Below are positions 35,411 through 44,574 of a DNA stretch of 64,000 nucleotides, in pieces. Below the pieces are notes generated by a model. It made no database searches. It was given only the letters and a program-made list of their open reading frames with translations, and was not told the origin of the DNA. Position 1 is the first letter of the stretch, and every line of letters begins with the position of its first letter. The DNA lies in NCBI GenBank assembly GCA_965242865.1, contig CBDETK010000013.1, forward strand, positions 2,208,001 to 2,272,000, in the 5' to 3' direction. The position numbers and the translations under genes were made by a program. Origin of the DNA: Candidatus Latescibacterota bacterium (GTDB lineage: Bacteria > Latescibacterota > UBA2968 > UBA8231).

Positions 35411-37684
35411 CTAGTAAGCCACCCCGACGACCCCGACTTTCCGCACTTGGCCCGTGCCGGCTCGCAGCGAGACGCTAAACATGTAGTGCCCCGGCCGCAC
35501 GTACGCGTCGTCGTCGTCCCGGCCATCCCAAGGTTGGGCAAAGCGACCGCTGATGGCCTCGCTATTGACCAAGGCCCGCACCAAGCGGCCGGACAAATCG
35601 AAAATCGAGACCTTCACCGGCGAGGGCCGCACGATATTGGTGATGTCGTACTGGATGAGGACGCGGTCGTTGACGCCGTCGCCATTGGGCGTAAACACCG
35701 GGGCATTCGCGGCCACATTGGCCAAGAGCTCCTTGCTGATGGGCACGGCCACCGAAAGATTTTCTTCGATCGGCGTGCCCACCGGCTGGAGATCGGAGTC
35801 GGCAAAACCAGACTGGCTCAAGTCGGCGGCATTGCCGGCCACGACGCCCTGCCCAATGGTCGTCTCAACCGCGCGGTTGAAGGCCCGGCCGACAAAGGTC
35901 GTGCCAAAGCGCAACACCCCGTTGTCGAATTCCACCTCCAAGACCGCCCCGTCCTCTTCGATGAGCGGGAAGGAAATGGCAAAGCGGTCGTCGCGCACTT
36001 CGTCGATGGAGATGCCATTGCTAACTTGGGGCAAGCTCGCCAAGGACGCGCCGGAAAAATCCGCTTCTTGGACCGCGCGGCCGGGCCGCTGAATCCGCAC
36101 GCGGCCAATGGCCTCGACGCGCAAGGGGGTCTCGATCTCAAAGGCGTCAAACCCGCGCTGCTGCCCAGAGGACTTGTTGAGGACCGCGTACAAAAACCGG
36201 GTGTTTTTCCCCACGGCGGCCGAGCGCGGCGAGATCTCGGCGATCAGGGCTTGGGCAAAGGGCGGCGAAATCACGTCAAAGGCCAAGCCGCCTACGGTGG
36301 CCGCGGCCTCAAAGTCGTCGCTAAAAAAGTCAATGGAAAACTGGAAGTAGCGCCGCGGACCAGGCGAGGTAATGGGGACGCCGGCGCCGTCTATGGGAAG
36401 CTGGGCTTGGCCGACGATGCCGGCTGCCGAGTAGGGGGGCGACCAACTGCTCCAGTTGTTGACATCGTCGCGGATGACGCCTTTGTCCTCGCCCCGCAGC
36501 GCACCGTAATCGGCCTCGTCGAGGGTGACGAGGGCTTGCTGGTCCAGCGGCAGGTCCTTGAACACCCCCAAGGCCTCGCGCACATCGACTTCGTCGTTGT
36601 CCAGCACGGTTTCGACCAAGGTCTTTAACTCGGCATCCTCGATGTCTTCGGCCCGCTTCCACGGCACTTCCACATTGGCCGTTGAGGTGCCCGACCGATT
36701 GCCGGCGCGGGCGCCGCCGCCCACGCGAAAGATGCGCTCGCCCGGACGGACCTTGTTGAATTCGACCGGGTCGCGGTCCACGCCCGTCCGCGTGCGAAGG
36801 CGCAAGCGGGACCGATTCGCGTCGCCGGTGGCGTCTTGGACCCAGCGCACATTGCCGAACAGGGCCAAGTCGCCAAAGTCGAAAATGTTGGACACGTAGC
36901 TCGCTTCGGGTACAAAGCCCGTGCCGAAAATCTGGAACTCGGCCATGTCAAAGCCGGCCGCGGTCAGCACCTTGAGCCGCACGAAGCGCACGTATTGCGG
37001 CGCAATGCGCACATCGACCACGGATCGGTCGTTTTGGGTTTCGACCGCGACGGTTTGCAAAATCGGCACGCCTTCAAAGGAGTTTTCCGGCGTGCCATCG
37101 TTGATGAAAATCTCGTATCCCCGCAAGAATTCGTTTTGAAAGGGAAATTCCACCGAGGGGAAATCCGGGTCGCCGTTGCGCGGAAAGAACTTGAAGCGAT
37201 TGAGGCCAAAGCGCGCCCCGAGGTCTAGGTCTATAATCAGCCCCAGCACTCGGGCGCTTTGGGTGCCCCCAGAAGCGCGCAGGTCCAAGGCCGTGTCGCC
37301 GTCGTCGTCGATCAGATTGGCCAACGCCGCGCTAATGGAGCGATTGTTCGGGGAGTTGATGCTGCCGCCGCGCAACGGCGAGTTAATGCCGACCGCTATG
37401 TTGCGGGTGGTATCGGCGCGTTGGGGGGCAATGAAATAGGGCAGGCCCTCCGGCTCAAAGTCGATGACGCCGCCGGGGGCGTTGGTTTTTTCGATCGCGG
37501 TCGCGCTGCGGATGACCACGGCTGGGAGATCGCCCCCGCCGCTCTCCCAGCTCAGACCCTCTTCACTGCCGATGATCACGACTTCCGCCACCGCGGCGAC
37601 CGCCAAGAACAAAATGCCGCCCACGAGGCCGGCCGCTCGAAAAGCTGAGTGCATAAAGCGAAACTCTAGAAATGAAGGAGGCAT
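35411..37684 (-). CDS. Secreted protein with C-terminal FlgD-Ig/'FTPNGDGVND' domain
   Basis: Signal peptide (start may be ATG 37654); LDLGARF...FKFFPR and AEFQIFG.GF shared with the family; ends VGVAY. Confidence 0.7.
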   Translation of the reverse strand: MPPSFLEFRFMHSAFRAAGLVGGILFLAVAAVAEVVIIGSEEGLSWESGGGDLPAVVIRSATAIEKTNAPGGVIDFEPEGLPYFIAPQRADTTRNIAVGINSPLRGGSINSPNNRSISAALANLIDDDGDTALDLRASGGTQSARVLGLIIDLDLGARFGLNRFKFFPRNGDPDFPSVEFPFQNEFLRGYEIFINDGTPENSFEGVPILQTVAVETQNDRSVVDVRIAPQYVRFVRLKVLTAAGFDMAEFQIFGTGFVPEASYVSNIFDFGDLALFGNVRWVQDATGDANRSRLRLRTRTGVDRDPVEFNKVRPGERIFRVGGGARAGNRSGTSTANVEVPWKRAEDIEDAELKTLVETVLDNDEVDVREALGVFKDLPLDQQALVTLDEADYGALRGEDKGVIRDDVNNWSSWSPPYSAAGIVGQAQLPIDGAGVPITSPGPRRYFQFSIDFFSDDFEAAATVGGLAFDVISPPFAQALIAEISPRSAAVGKNTRFLYAVLNKSSGQQRGFDAFEIETPLRVEAIGRVRIQRPGRAVQEADFSGASLASLPQVSNGISIDEVRDDRFAISFPLIEEDGAVLEVEFDNGVLRFGTTFVGRAFNRAVETTIGQGVVAGNAADLSQSGFADSDLQPVGTPIEENLSVAVPISKELLANVAANAPVFTPNGDGVNDRVLIQYDITNIVRPSPVKVSIFDLSGRLVRALVNSEAISGRFAQPWDGRDDDDAYVRPGHYMFSVSLRAGTGQVRKVGVVGVAY

Positions 37685-37790
37685 CCCGCCACGCCGAATG
37701 CCTCTGCATTGTTGCCCAAAAATTCGTCAAATCCTACATTAACTGCCCGTTAAATAAGCGAATAGTCCCCCCTAGAGCAAGAAATTTTCC

Positions 37791-39482
37791 ATGATCTCAA
37801 CCCAGCCCGTGCGGCGCTCGCTCCTGTGGTTCTCCGTCCTTTTCCTCGCGTCCTGCGGGGGCCAAACCGAACCATCCGAGGCACAAGATGTCGTCTTGGC
37901 GACCGTTGCCGGCGACCCCATTACGCTCTCGGCCTTCACCGAGTTTAGCACCCTCATCCCGGAGGGCATGAAAAAGGGCGACACCCCGCTCGCCAAGAAC
38001 CGCCAAGTCCTCCACAGCTTGATCGACAAGCGGCTCTTGCTCGCCGAGGCCCAAGCCCTTCAGCTCGCCGACGACCCGGCGATTCAAGCCGAGCTGGCCT
38101 TCTTCGCCAAAAACCGCTTGCTCAACTTGTACACCCAGCGCGAAATAGCCGCAAAAATCGTCGTTACCGACGAGGAGCTGGAGGCGCACTATCGCGCCAC
38201 GCACCGCGACCGCGCCCTCCGCTTCAGCGGCATCATGCTAAAGACCCGCGAAGAAGCCGAGGAAATTTTGCAGGCCGTGGCCGACGGGGCGCCGTTCATG
38301 GAGCTGGCCCAGGGGCATTCTCTACACCGCGATAGCGGCGAACAGGGCGGCGATGTCGGGGGCTACAAACTCAAGGACAAGGTCCTGCCAGCCATTGCCG
38401 AAGCGATCTTCCCCCTCGCCGTGGGCGAAGTGTCCCAACCCATCCGCTTCCAGTTTGCCGGCGAGCCTCACTACACGGTCTTTCAAGTCACCGACGAGAT
38501 GCCCCTGCCGCTCGCCGCTTCCGAGCGCAAGGTGCGGGAGGAAGTTTTTGGCCGCAAGCGGGCCGCCCGCTACCAAGCCCTCCTCGATTCGCTCAACCGC
38601 GCGTACGGCCCGGAGCTGCGCCCCGAAGCGATTCGCGCCCTCAACGAGCACAGCGAGCAGGCCGAGGACGACCTGTACGCCCTGCCGGCCACCGTGCGCG
38701 ACGAGCCGGTGGTCGCCTTTCGCCGTGGTCAAATTAGTGGCCACGAGTTCCTCTACATGGCGCGGCAAATGCGCGCCGGCCGGGCGGAGCTAGCCGATTC
38801 GGCGCGCGTCGTCTTTCTCCTCAAAACCGCGATCATTCCGGCCTTTCTCTTCGCGGCCGAGGCCCATGCGCTCGGGCTAGACCAAGACCCGGACCTGCTC
38901 CAGCGCGTCCGCGATAAGCGAGAGGACCTGTTGCTCAATGCCCTGCGGCAGCGCTACGTGGATCAGCACGTCACCGCCACGCCCGCGGAAGCCCGCGCCT
39001 TCTACGACAGGCACCCGGAAAAATTCACCGCGCCGCTGACGACCGAAGTGGTAGAAATCCTCGCGGCTTCCGACTCGTTGGCCCAGCGGCTCAAGCGCGC
39101 GATCCTCGCCGGGGCCGATCCCGCGCCGCTGGCCCGCGCCCACACCCGCCGCCCCGGCGCCGACCACCACGACGGGCACCTGACCCTCACCCCCTACACC
39201 AAGGCGTACTATCGGGGCATCTACGACTTGGCGCTCGCGCTGCCCGTCGGCCAAGTCGGCGGGCCCGTGCAGGTACAGGGTGGGTACTCGGTCTTCAAGG
39301 TCCTCGACCGCTACCAGAAAAATCATCCCTACGACGCCACCTCGCGTCGGCGCGCCACCGCGTACGTAAAGATCGCCAAGTCCAAGCGCGGGTACGTGCG
39401 CTACGTGCGCGGCCTGCGCGATCAGTACCCGGTCGAGGAGTTTGCCGACGCCATAGAACGCGCCCTGAGCGCCCCGAATTGA
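37791..39482 (+). CDS. Parvulin-type peptidyl-prolyl isomerase lipoprotein (PrsA/SurA-like, two rotamase domains)
   Basis: Lipobox LAS-C; LATVAGDPIT; FMELAQGHS...SGEQGGDVG; VGEVSQPI; second domain VGQVGGPV. Confidence 0.85.
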   Translation: MISTQPVRRSLLWFSVLFLASCGGQTEPSEAQDVVLATVAGDPITLSAFTEFSTLIPEGMKKGDTPLAKNRQVLHSLIDKRLLLAEAQALQLADDPAIQAELAFFAKNRLLNLYTQREIAAKIVVTDEELEAHYRATHRDRALRFSGIMLKTREEAEEILQAVADGAPFMELAQGHSLHRDSGEQGGDVGGYKLKDKVLPAIAEAIFPLAVGEVSQPIRFQFAGEPHYTVFQVTDEMPLPLAASERKVREEVFGRKRAARYQALLDSLNRAYGPELRPEAIRALNEHSEQAEDDLYALPATVRDEPVVAFRRGQISGHEFLYMARQMRAGRAELADSARVVFLLKTAIIPAFLFAAEAHALGLDQDPDLLQRVRDKREDLLLNALRQRYVDQHVTATPAEARAFYDRHPEKFTAPLTTEVVEILAASDSLAQRLKRAILAGADPAPLARAHTRRPGADHHDGHLTLTPYTKAYYRGIYDLALALPVGQVGGPVQVQGGYSVFKVLDRYQKNHPYDATSRRRATAYVKIAKSKRGYVRYVRGLRDQYPVEEFADAIERALSAPN

Positions 39483-40945
39483 AATTGCGCGGGGTCGTGC
39501 TCCTGTTGTTTTTGCTCGCTTGGGGCTGCGCCCGCGACGATCCCCTGCTAACCGAGGGCCAGCAACACTTCCGCAACCGAGACTACCAAGCCGCGATTGC
39601 GGTCTTACAACAGGCCGTCCGAGGCCCGTCCCCCTCGCCAGCGACCTATCGCTATCTGGGACGGTGCTACCTCCAAGTCGGCCAGTACGACCAAGCGCGG
39701 GAAGCCGCGCGCACCGGGCTCGCCCGCGCTCCCAACGACCCCGAGCTTTACGATCTACTCGGAGCTGTCGAGATGACCCGCGCCTTTGCCGTGGCCCGGT
39801 ACAGCGATACCGCTGCCGCCCTGCAGGCCTTCCAACGGGCCATTGAACTCGATCCCCACCGCGCCACCACCCACTACAACCTCGGCCTCGTGCATAGCTA
39901 CCGCGACAGCGCCCACCGCGCCGAGCGTGCGTATCTAGCGGCCTTGCAGGTGGACTCCACGCTCGCGCCAGCCCACAAAAAACTGGGCCTGTACTACCGC
40001 CGCCAAGGGGCACTAGACCAAGCCCTGCGCCACCTGCACCGCGCCGTGCAGTACGCGCCCGAAGACGCCGAAGCGCATTTCCACCTCGGCTTGCAGCACC
40101 GCGCCCAAGGGCACTACGACCCAGCCATAGCCGCCTTAGAGCGGGCGGCCGCGCTCAACCCCTATTCGCCCCAAGTTCACTTCAACCTGTCTCAACTCTA
40201 CTTGCGCACCGGCCAGCGCACCCGCGGCGAAAAAGCCCTCGCGAACTCGGAAATCCTCCGCCAGCACCATCGGGGAATCGGCTCGGAGCAATCCCGGCCC
40301 GAGGTCAGCGCGGTGGCCATTGGCTCGGCGACGGCCCGCTACAACCTCGCGCTGCACCTCGCCTTGCAAGGCCAGCACGACCAAGCCATCGTCGAATATC
40401 AAAACGCCCTCGCGATCAACCCCGAGCTAAAGGACGCGCACAGCAGTCTAGGCGTCCTGTTCCACCTAGCAGGCGACTGGGCCACGGCGGCCGCGAGCTT
40501 TCGCCAAGCCCTCGCCCTCGACGGTGAAGACCCGCTCAGCCATGCGCGGCTGGGGATGGTTCTGCTCAAGCAGCAACGCTATGCCGCGGCGCGGGCCAGC
40601 CTGCGGCGCGCGGCCGCTCTCGACTCGAGCTTGCACGAGGCGGCCCACGGCCTCGGCTTGGTCGCGGCCCGCACGGGCGATTTGGCCGCGGCCATCGCCC
40701 ACTTTGCCGAGGCCGCCCGCCTCAGCCCCACCAGCGCGCTGGCCCAGTTAAACCTCGGGGTGGCCTACGCAAAATCGGGCCACTTTGCCGAGGCCGCTCG
40801 CGCCTATACTCGCGCCGTTGAACTGGACCCTGCCAATGAACGCGCCCACCGCTACCTCAGCGACGCCTACCGGGAGTTGGGCCACTCGGAAAAAAGCCGC
40901 ACCCACCGCGCCAAGGCGCGGCAGCTAGCGTCCAAGGCCCCCTAA
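39479..40945 (+). CDS. TPR-repeat lipoprotein
   Basis: Lipobox AWG-C; many 34-aa TPR units. Confidence 0.85.
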   Translation: MKLRGVVLLLFLLAWGCARDDPLLTEGQQHFRNRDYQAAIAVLQQAVRGPSPSPATYRYLGRCYLQVGQYDQAREAARTGLARAPNDPELYDLLGAVEMTRAFAVARYSDTAAALQAFQRAIELDPHRATTHYNLGLVHSYRDSAHRAERAYLAALQVDSTLAPAHKKLGLYYRRQGALDQALRHLHRAVQYAPEDAEAHFHLGLQHRAQGHYDPAIAALERAAALNPYSPQVHFNLSQLYLRTGQRTRGEKALANSEILRQHHRGIGSEQSRPEVSAVAIGSATARYNLALHLALQGQHDQAIVEYQNALAINPELKDAHSSLGVLFHLAGDWATAAASFRQALALDGEDPLSHARLGMVLLKQQRYAAARASLRRAAALDSSLHEAAHGLGLVAARTGDLAAAIAHFAEAARLSPTSALAQLNLGVAYAKSGHFAEAARAYTRAVELDPANERAHRYLSDAYRELGHSEKSRTHRAKARQLASKAP

Positions 40946-40949
40946 CCCC

Positions 40950-42848
40950 GTGCCACGCATCCTCTACTCAGCGGCCTGCTGCCTCGCGGTGGCCCTCCCG
41001 TTGCACGCGCTCACCATCTATCGCATCGGCGGGGCCGACCGGCCCAAACCGGCGCTGGAAGCCGAGTACGAGTTCGTGCAACTGTCTTGGGAAGCGGTCG
41101 ATCCCCAGCAGCACGGCCAAGCCCAATGGGTCGCGCTGCAGCCCGACCGCATCGGTCCTTTGTTGCTAACTCCCTCGGTCAACCTGACGCCGCTGTTGGA
41201 ATCGCTCGGCGGCCGCATCCTCGTCCTGGAGTGGAACGGCTGGCGGCAGTGGTACGAAGACGACATCCTGATCTTCGATGGCGACCCGGAAACCGCGTAC
41301 TTAGGGGACGGGCACTATCTCCGCGTGGCCGGCTATGGCCCCCAGCACAAGTACTGGGTCTTCGACTTTGGCGGGCGGTTTTTCGTCGATCGCGTGCGCT
41401 TTTATCCGCGCCCGCGCTTTGCCGCGACCCGCTTTGTCGAGCGCTTCATCTTGGGGACCAGCGATGGCGACCCCTTGGCCGACGGCACCCGCGAGTACGC
41501 GGCGAGCTGGCGCAACAGCACCCTCGACTTCGACATCGTCCACCGCGTGCGCGAGAACACCCAAGCCGTCATGGAGTTGGCCCTGCCCGACGAACCCATC
41601 CAGCAGGTGTTCATCGAGCTCCCCGAAAACAACCGCGGGATCTGGGAAATCGCCGAATTCGAAATCTACGGAGCCGGGCCGGCCGCCTTCTCCCGCTATA
41701 CCTCCAACATCATCGACTTGGGGCGACCGGCCGCCTTGGGCACCTTGACTTGGGGCGGCCAGCACGACGCAGAGGCCCGCATCGACCTGAGCGTGCGCAC
41801 GGGCGACGACGACGACCCCAATACCTATTGGCGGCGCACGTTCCGCGGCACCGAGCGCACCCGCTTTGACGCGGCCGGCCAACCGCTCACCCTGCAAACC
41901 TACAACCGCTTACAACGGGGCGAACAGGCCGGCTTCACTCCAGACGTCGAGGACTGGAATTTCTGGAGTGCCCCGTTTGCCTTTGCCGCCGGGCGCGGGC
42001 TTATGCCGGGCGACCGGCTGCGCCGCTACGCGCAATTTAGGGCCGAATTCCACTCGACCGCCGAGGCGACGAGCCACCTCGCGTACGTGCAGTTCAGCGC
42101 GTCCATCCCACCGCCGGCCTCCCAAGCCTTCGGGCAAATTCACCCGCTGCGAGCACCGGCCCTGACCCCGACCCTGTTTACCTTCTCTCTAGAGCCACAC
42201 ATCGCAGCCGACGACCTCGGGTTTGACCACTTAGCCATTGCCACCGCGGCCCAAGTGCAGGCTGTGGAGGCCGTGCGGATCGGCGGAGTAGAAGCGGCCT
42301 ATACCCTGGTGCAGCACGCGGCCGAGGGGGTTGAAATGGCCCTGCCGCGCATGGACCAGCAGCGGACCGGCGAGCGGGTTGAGGTCGATTTCTGGGCCGA
42401 GGTCTTTGCGTACAACACCCACTTTGCCGGGCGAATCCGCGATAGCACTCGCCCGTTTGAAGTGGCCCAGCCCGTGTCCCCCAAGGCGACCCACAGCCTC
42501 CAAGTGGCCTTGCTCAGCCTAGATCAACCGCTCATCGGCCGCCTCGCCCTGCAGCCGGCGGTCTTTACCCCCAACGGCGACGGCCGCAACGACGCCGTGC
42601 AGATCGAATACGACCTGCTGTATCTAGTGGATGCAGTTCGCGTGGAGCTCGCCGTGTTTGACCTCGCTGGTCGTGCGGTGGGCGTCCTCTACGACGGGCC
42701 GGCCACCAGCGGTCGCTTTGCCGTTGAGTGGGACGGTCGCACCGCTGGCGGTCGCCTCGTGCCGCCCGGGTCTTACCTCGTCCGCCTCACCGCAGCAATC
42801 GACCGCGGCCAGCAGCGACGCCAACGCCTCGTCTCGGTCGTTTATTGA
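40950..42848 (+). CDS. Secreted 'LTIYR.GG' family protein with C-terminal FlgD-Ig/'FTPNGDG' domain
   Basis: Signal peptide LHA-LTIYRIGG; full-length paralog of the 20.9-26.7 kb trio; ends VSVVY. Confidence 0.75.
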   Translation: MPRILYSAACCLAVALPLHALTIYRIGGADRPKPALEAEYEFVQLSWEAVDPQQHGQAQWVALQPDRIGPLLLTPSVNLTPLLESLGGRILVLEWNGWRQWYEDDILIFDGDPETAYLGDGHYLRVAGYGPQHKYWVFDFGGRFFVDRVRFYPRPRFAATRFVERFILGTSDGDPLADGTREYAASWRNSTLDFDIVHRVRENTQAVMELALPDEPIQQVFIELPENNRGIWEIAEFEIYGAGPAAFSRYTSNIIDLGRPAALGTLTWGGQHDAEARIDLSVRTGDDDDPNTYWRRTFRGTERTRFDAAGQPLTLQTYNRLQRGEQAGFTPDVEDWNFWSAPFAFAAGRGLMPGDRLRRYAQFRAEFHSTAEATSHLAYVQFSASIPPPASQAFGQIHPLRAPALTPTLFTFSLEPHIAADDLGFDHLAIATAAQVQAVEAVRIGGVEAAYTLVQHAAEGVEMALPRMDQQRTGERVEVDFWAEVFAYNTHFAGRIRDSTRPFEVAQPVSPKATHSLQVALLSLDQPLIGRLALQPAVFTPNGDGRNDAVQIEYDLLYLVDAVRVELAVFDLAGRAVGVLYDGPATSGRFAVEWDGRTAGGRLVPPGSYLVRLTAAIDRGQQRRQRLVSVVY

Positions 42849-44515
42849 CGCGGCTCAACCACGGTCAGCACCTGATCGGCGGCTAGATTGGTCAGCACCT
42901 GAACCACTCCGCTGGGCCAGCGCACTTCGAGCCGCTCAACGCGCTCGGCCCGGCCCAAGCCAAAGTGCAGCCGCCGGTCGTTGTGGGACAAATAGCTCCC
43001 TCCGCTTTGCACCTCGGCGTGCTGACTTTGTCCGCCGGCACGGACGATCACCCGCGCACCAATCCCGTCGCGGTTGCTCGCGGTGCCCACCGGACGCACC
43101 AGCAGATAGTGATTCTCGTGGTGGCTGTCGTTGCGCAACAGGGTTGGCGGGCCGTTGAGATTGAGGATGAATACATCGAGGTCGCCATCGCTGTCGTAGT
43201 CGGCGAAACTGGTCCCGCGGCTGACCCGGCTCAGGGCAAAGCCCGGGCCAGCCGCCGCCGACACCTCCACTAAGCGTCCGTCCCTGTTTTCAAACAGCGA
43301 GTTGGGTTGTTGGTAGCTGGAGTTGACCCGCGGCAGGTCGGCCTGTGGATAGGTGTGGCCGTTGGCCACGAACAGATCGCGGTCGCCATCGTTGTCGTAG
43401 TCGAAAAAGCCCGTGCCCCACGAGACCCATTCGGCCGGGGCCGCTCCGATCCCGGCCGCAAACGACACGTCGGCAAAAAAGCCTCCGCCCTCATTCCGGT
43501 ACAGCGCGTTGTACTCGTCGGCGAAATTGGTGACGAAGAGGTCGAATAGGCCATCGTTGTCGTAATCGCCCCAAGCGGCCCCCATGCACCCTTGCGCCAC
43601 TCCTTCCCCGCTGTACGCCACGCCAGCCACGAGTCCCTCTGCGGCAAAGCGCCCGTCTTGGCGATTGCGAAACAGCAGGTTGGGCGTGGAATCGTTGGCC
43701 ACGAACAGATCGGGCCAGCCGTCGTCGTCGTAGTCGCTGAACAGGGCGCTCATGCCGTAGAATGCCTCGCCGGACAGGCCCGCCTCGGTTCCGTACTCCC
43801 CAAAGGTCCCATCGCCCTCGTTGCGGTAAAACACATCCGCGGCCGGCCGCAGGCCCACCGGCCCGCAGTACACCTTCACGTTTTTCCACAAGCAGGGGAT
43901 GGGGGATTCGTAGTCCAAGGAGAAGTCCACATAATTGGCCACGTACAAATCCACGTCGCCATCGCGGTCGTAATCCCCAAAGCTGGCCCCCGTGCCCCAT
44001 CCGGTATCGCCCACGCCGGCTGCGACCGTCACGTCGGCAAAGCGACCACCATCGCGGTTGCGATAGAGGATGTTGCGGCCAAAGTTGGTGACGTAGAGGT
44101 CGGTATGGCCGTCGTTGTCGTAATCGGCCGCCGCGCAGCCCATGGACCAACTCGTATCGCCCACGCTGGCTGCGGCCGTCACATCGGCAAAGCGGCCGCT
44201 GTCGTTGCGGTAGAGCTGGTTGGCCGGATGCTCGCCCGCGGCAAAGCCGGCAAAGGAAGAGCCGTTGGTCACGTACAAATCCGCGTCGCCATCGCGGTCG
44301 TAATCGAAAAAGGCGGCCCCGCCCATCATCCCCTCGACGATGTAGCTTTGGTCGGTCCCCGAGACATTGCGCTGGGTCAGCCCGGCCGCCACCGCTTGAT
44401 CGACGAATTGCGCGGCGAGCGGCTCGCTCCACCCGCTGACGGCCCCCAAGAGGCACCCCACCGCGCCCGTTATCAACGCACCCCAGCCGCCGGCCTTCCT
44501 AAGGATCGAGGGCAT
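42842..44515 (-). CDS. CRTAC1-family protein (FG-GAP/VCBS repeats + ASPIC/UnbV domain)
   Basis: Repeated DYDxDGxxDLyV motifs; SNRDGIGARV, SYLSHND.RLHFGLG, VRWPSG; start uncertain. Confidence 0.88.
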   Translation of the reverse strand: MPSILRKAGGWGALITGAVGCLLGAVSGWSEPLAAQFVDQAVAAGLTQRNVSGTDQSYIVEGMMGGAAFFDYDRDGDADLYVTNGSSFAGFAAGEHPANQLYRNDSGRFADVTAAASVGDTSWSMGCAAADYDNDGHTDLYVTNFGRNILYRNRDGGRFADVTVAAGVGDTGWGTGASFGDYDRDGDVDLYVANYVDFSLDYESPIPCLWKNVKVYCGPVGLRPAADVFYRNEGDGTFGEYGTEAGLSGEAFYGMSALFSDYDDDGWPDLFVANDSTPNLLFRNRQDGRFAAEGLVAGVAYSGEGVAQGCMGAAWGDYDNDGLFDLFVTNFADEYNALYRNEGGGFFADVSFAAGIGAAPAEWVSWGTGFFDYDNDGDRDLFVANGHTYPQADLPRVNSSYQQPNSLFENRDGRLVEVSAAAGPGFALSRVSRGTSFADYDSDGDLDVFILNLNGPPTLLRNDSHHENHYLLVRPVGTASNRDGIGARVIVRAGGQSQHAEVQSGGSYLSHNDRRLHFGLGRAERVERLEVRWPSGVVQVLTNLAADQVLTVVEPRQ

Positions 44516-44574
44516 CTTGCCCTCGCCGAGGGCGGGACGCCCTCGATCCCGGACGCAAAGCAAGTGTCGCGTAC

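Noticed and set aside
35393-36628. Long antisense ORFs (for example 35393-36628, 21334-22497, 38877-40013, 43592-44578)
   Set aside because: Shadow frames of well-supported GC-rich genes, with no motifs
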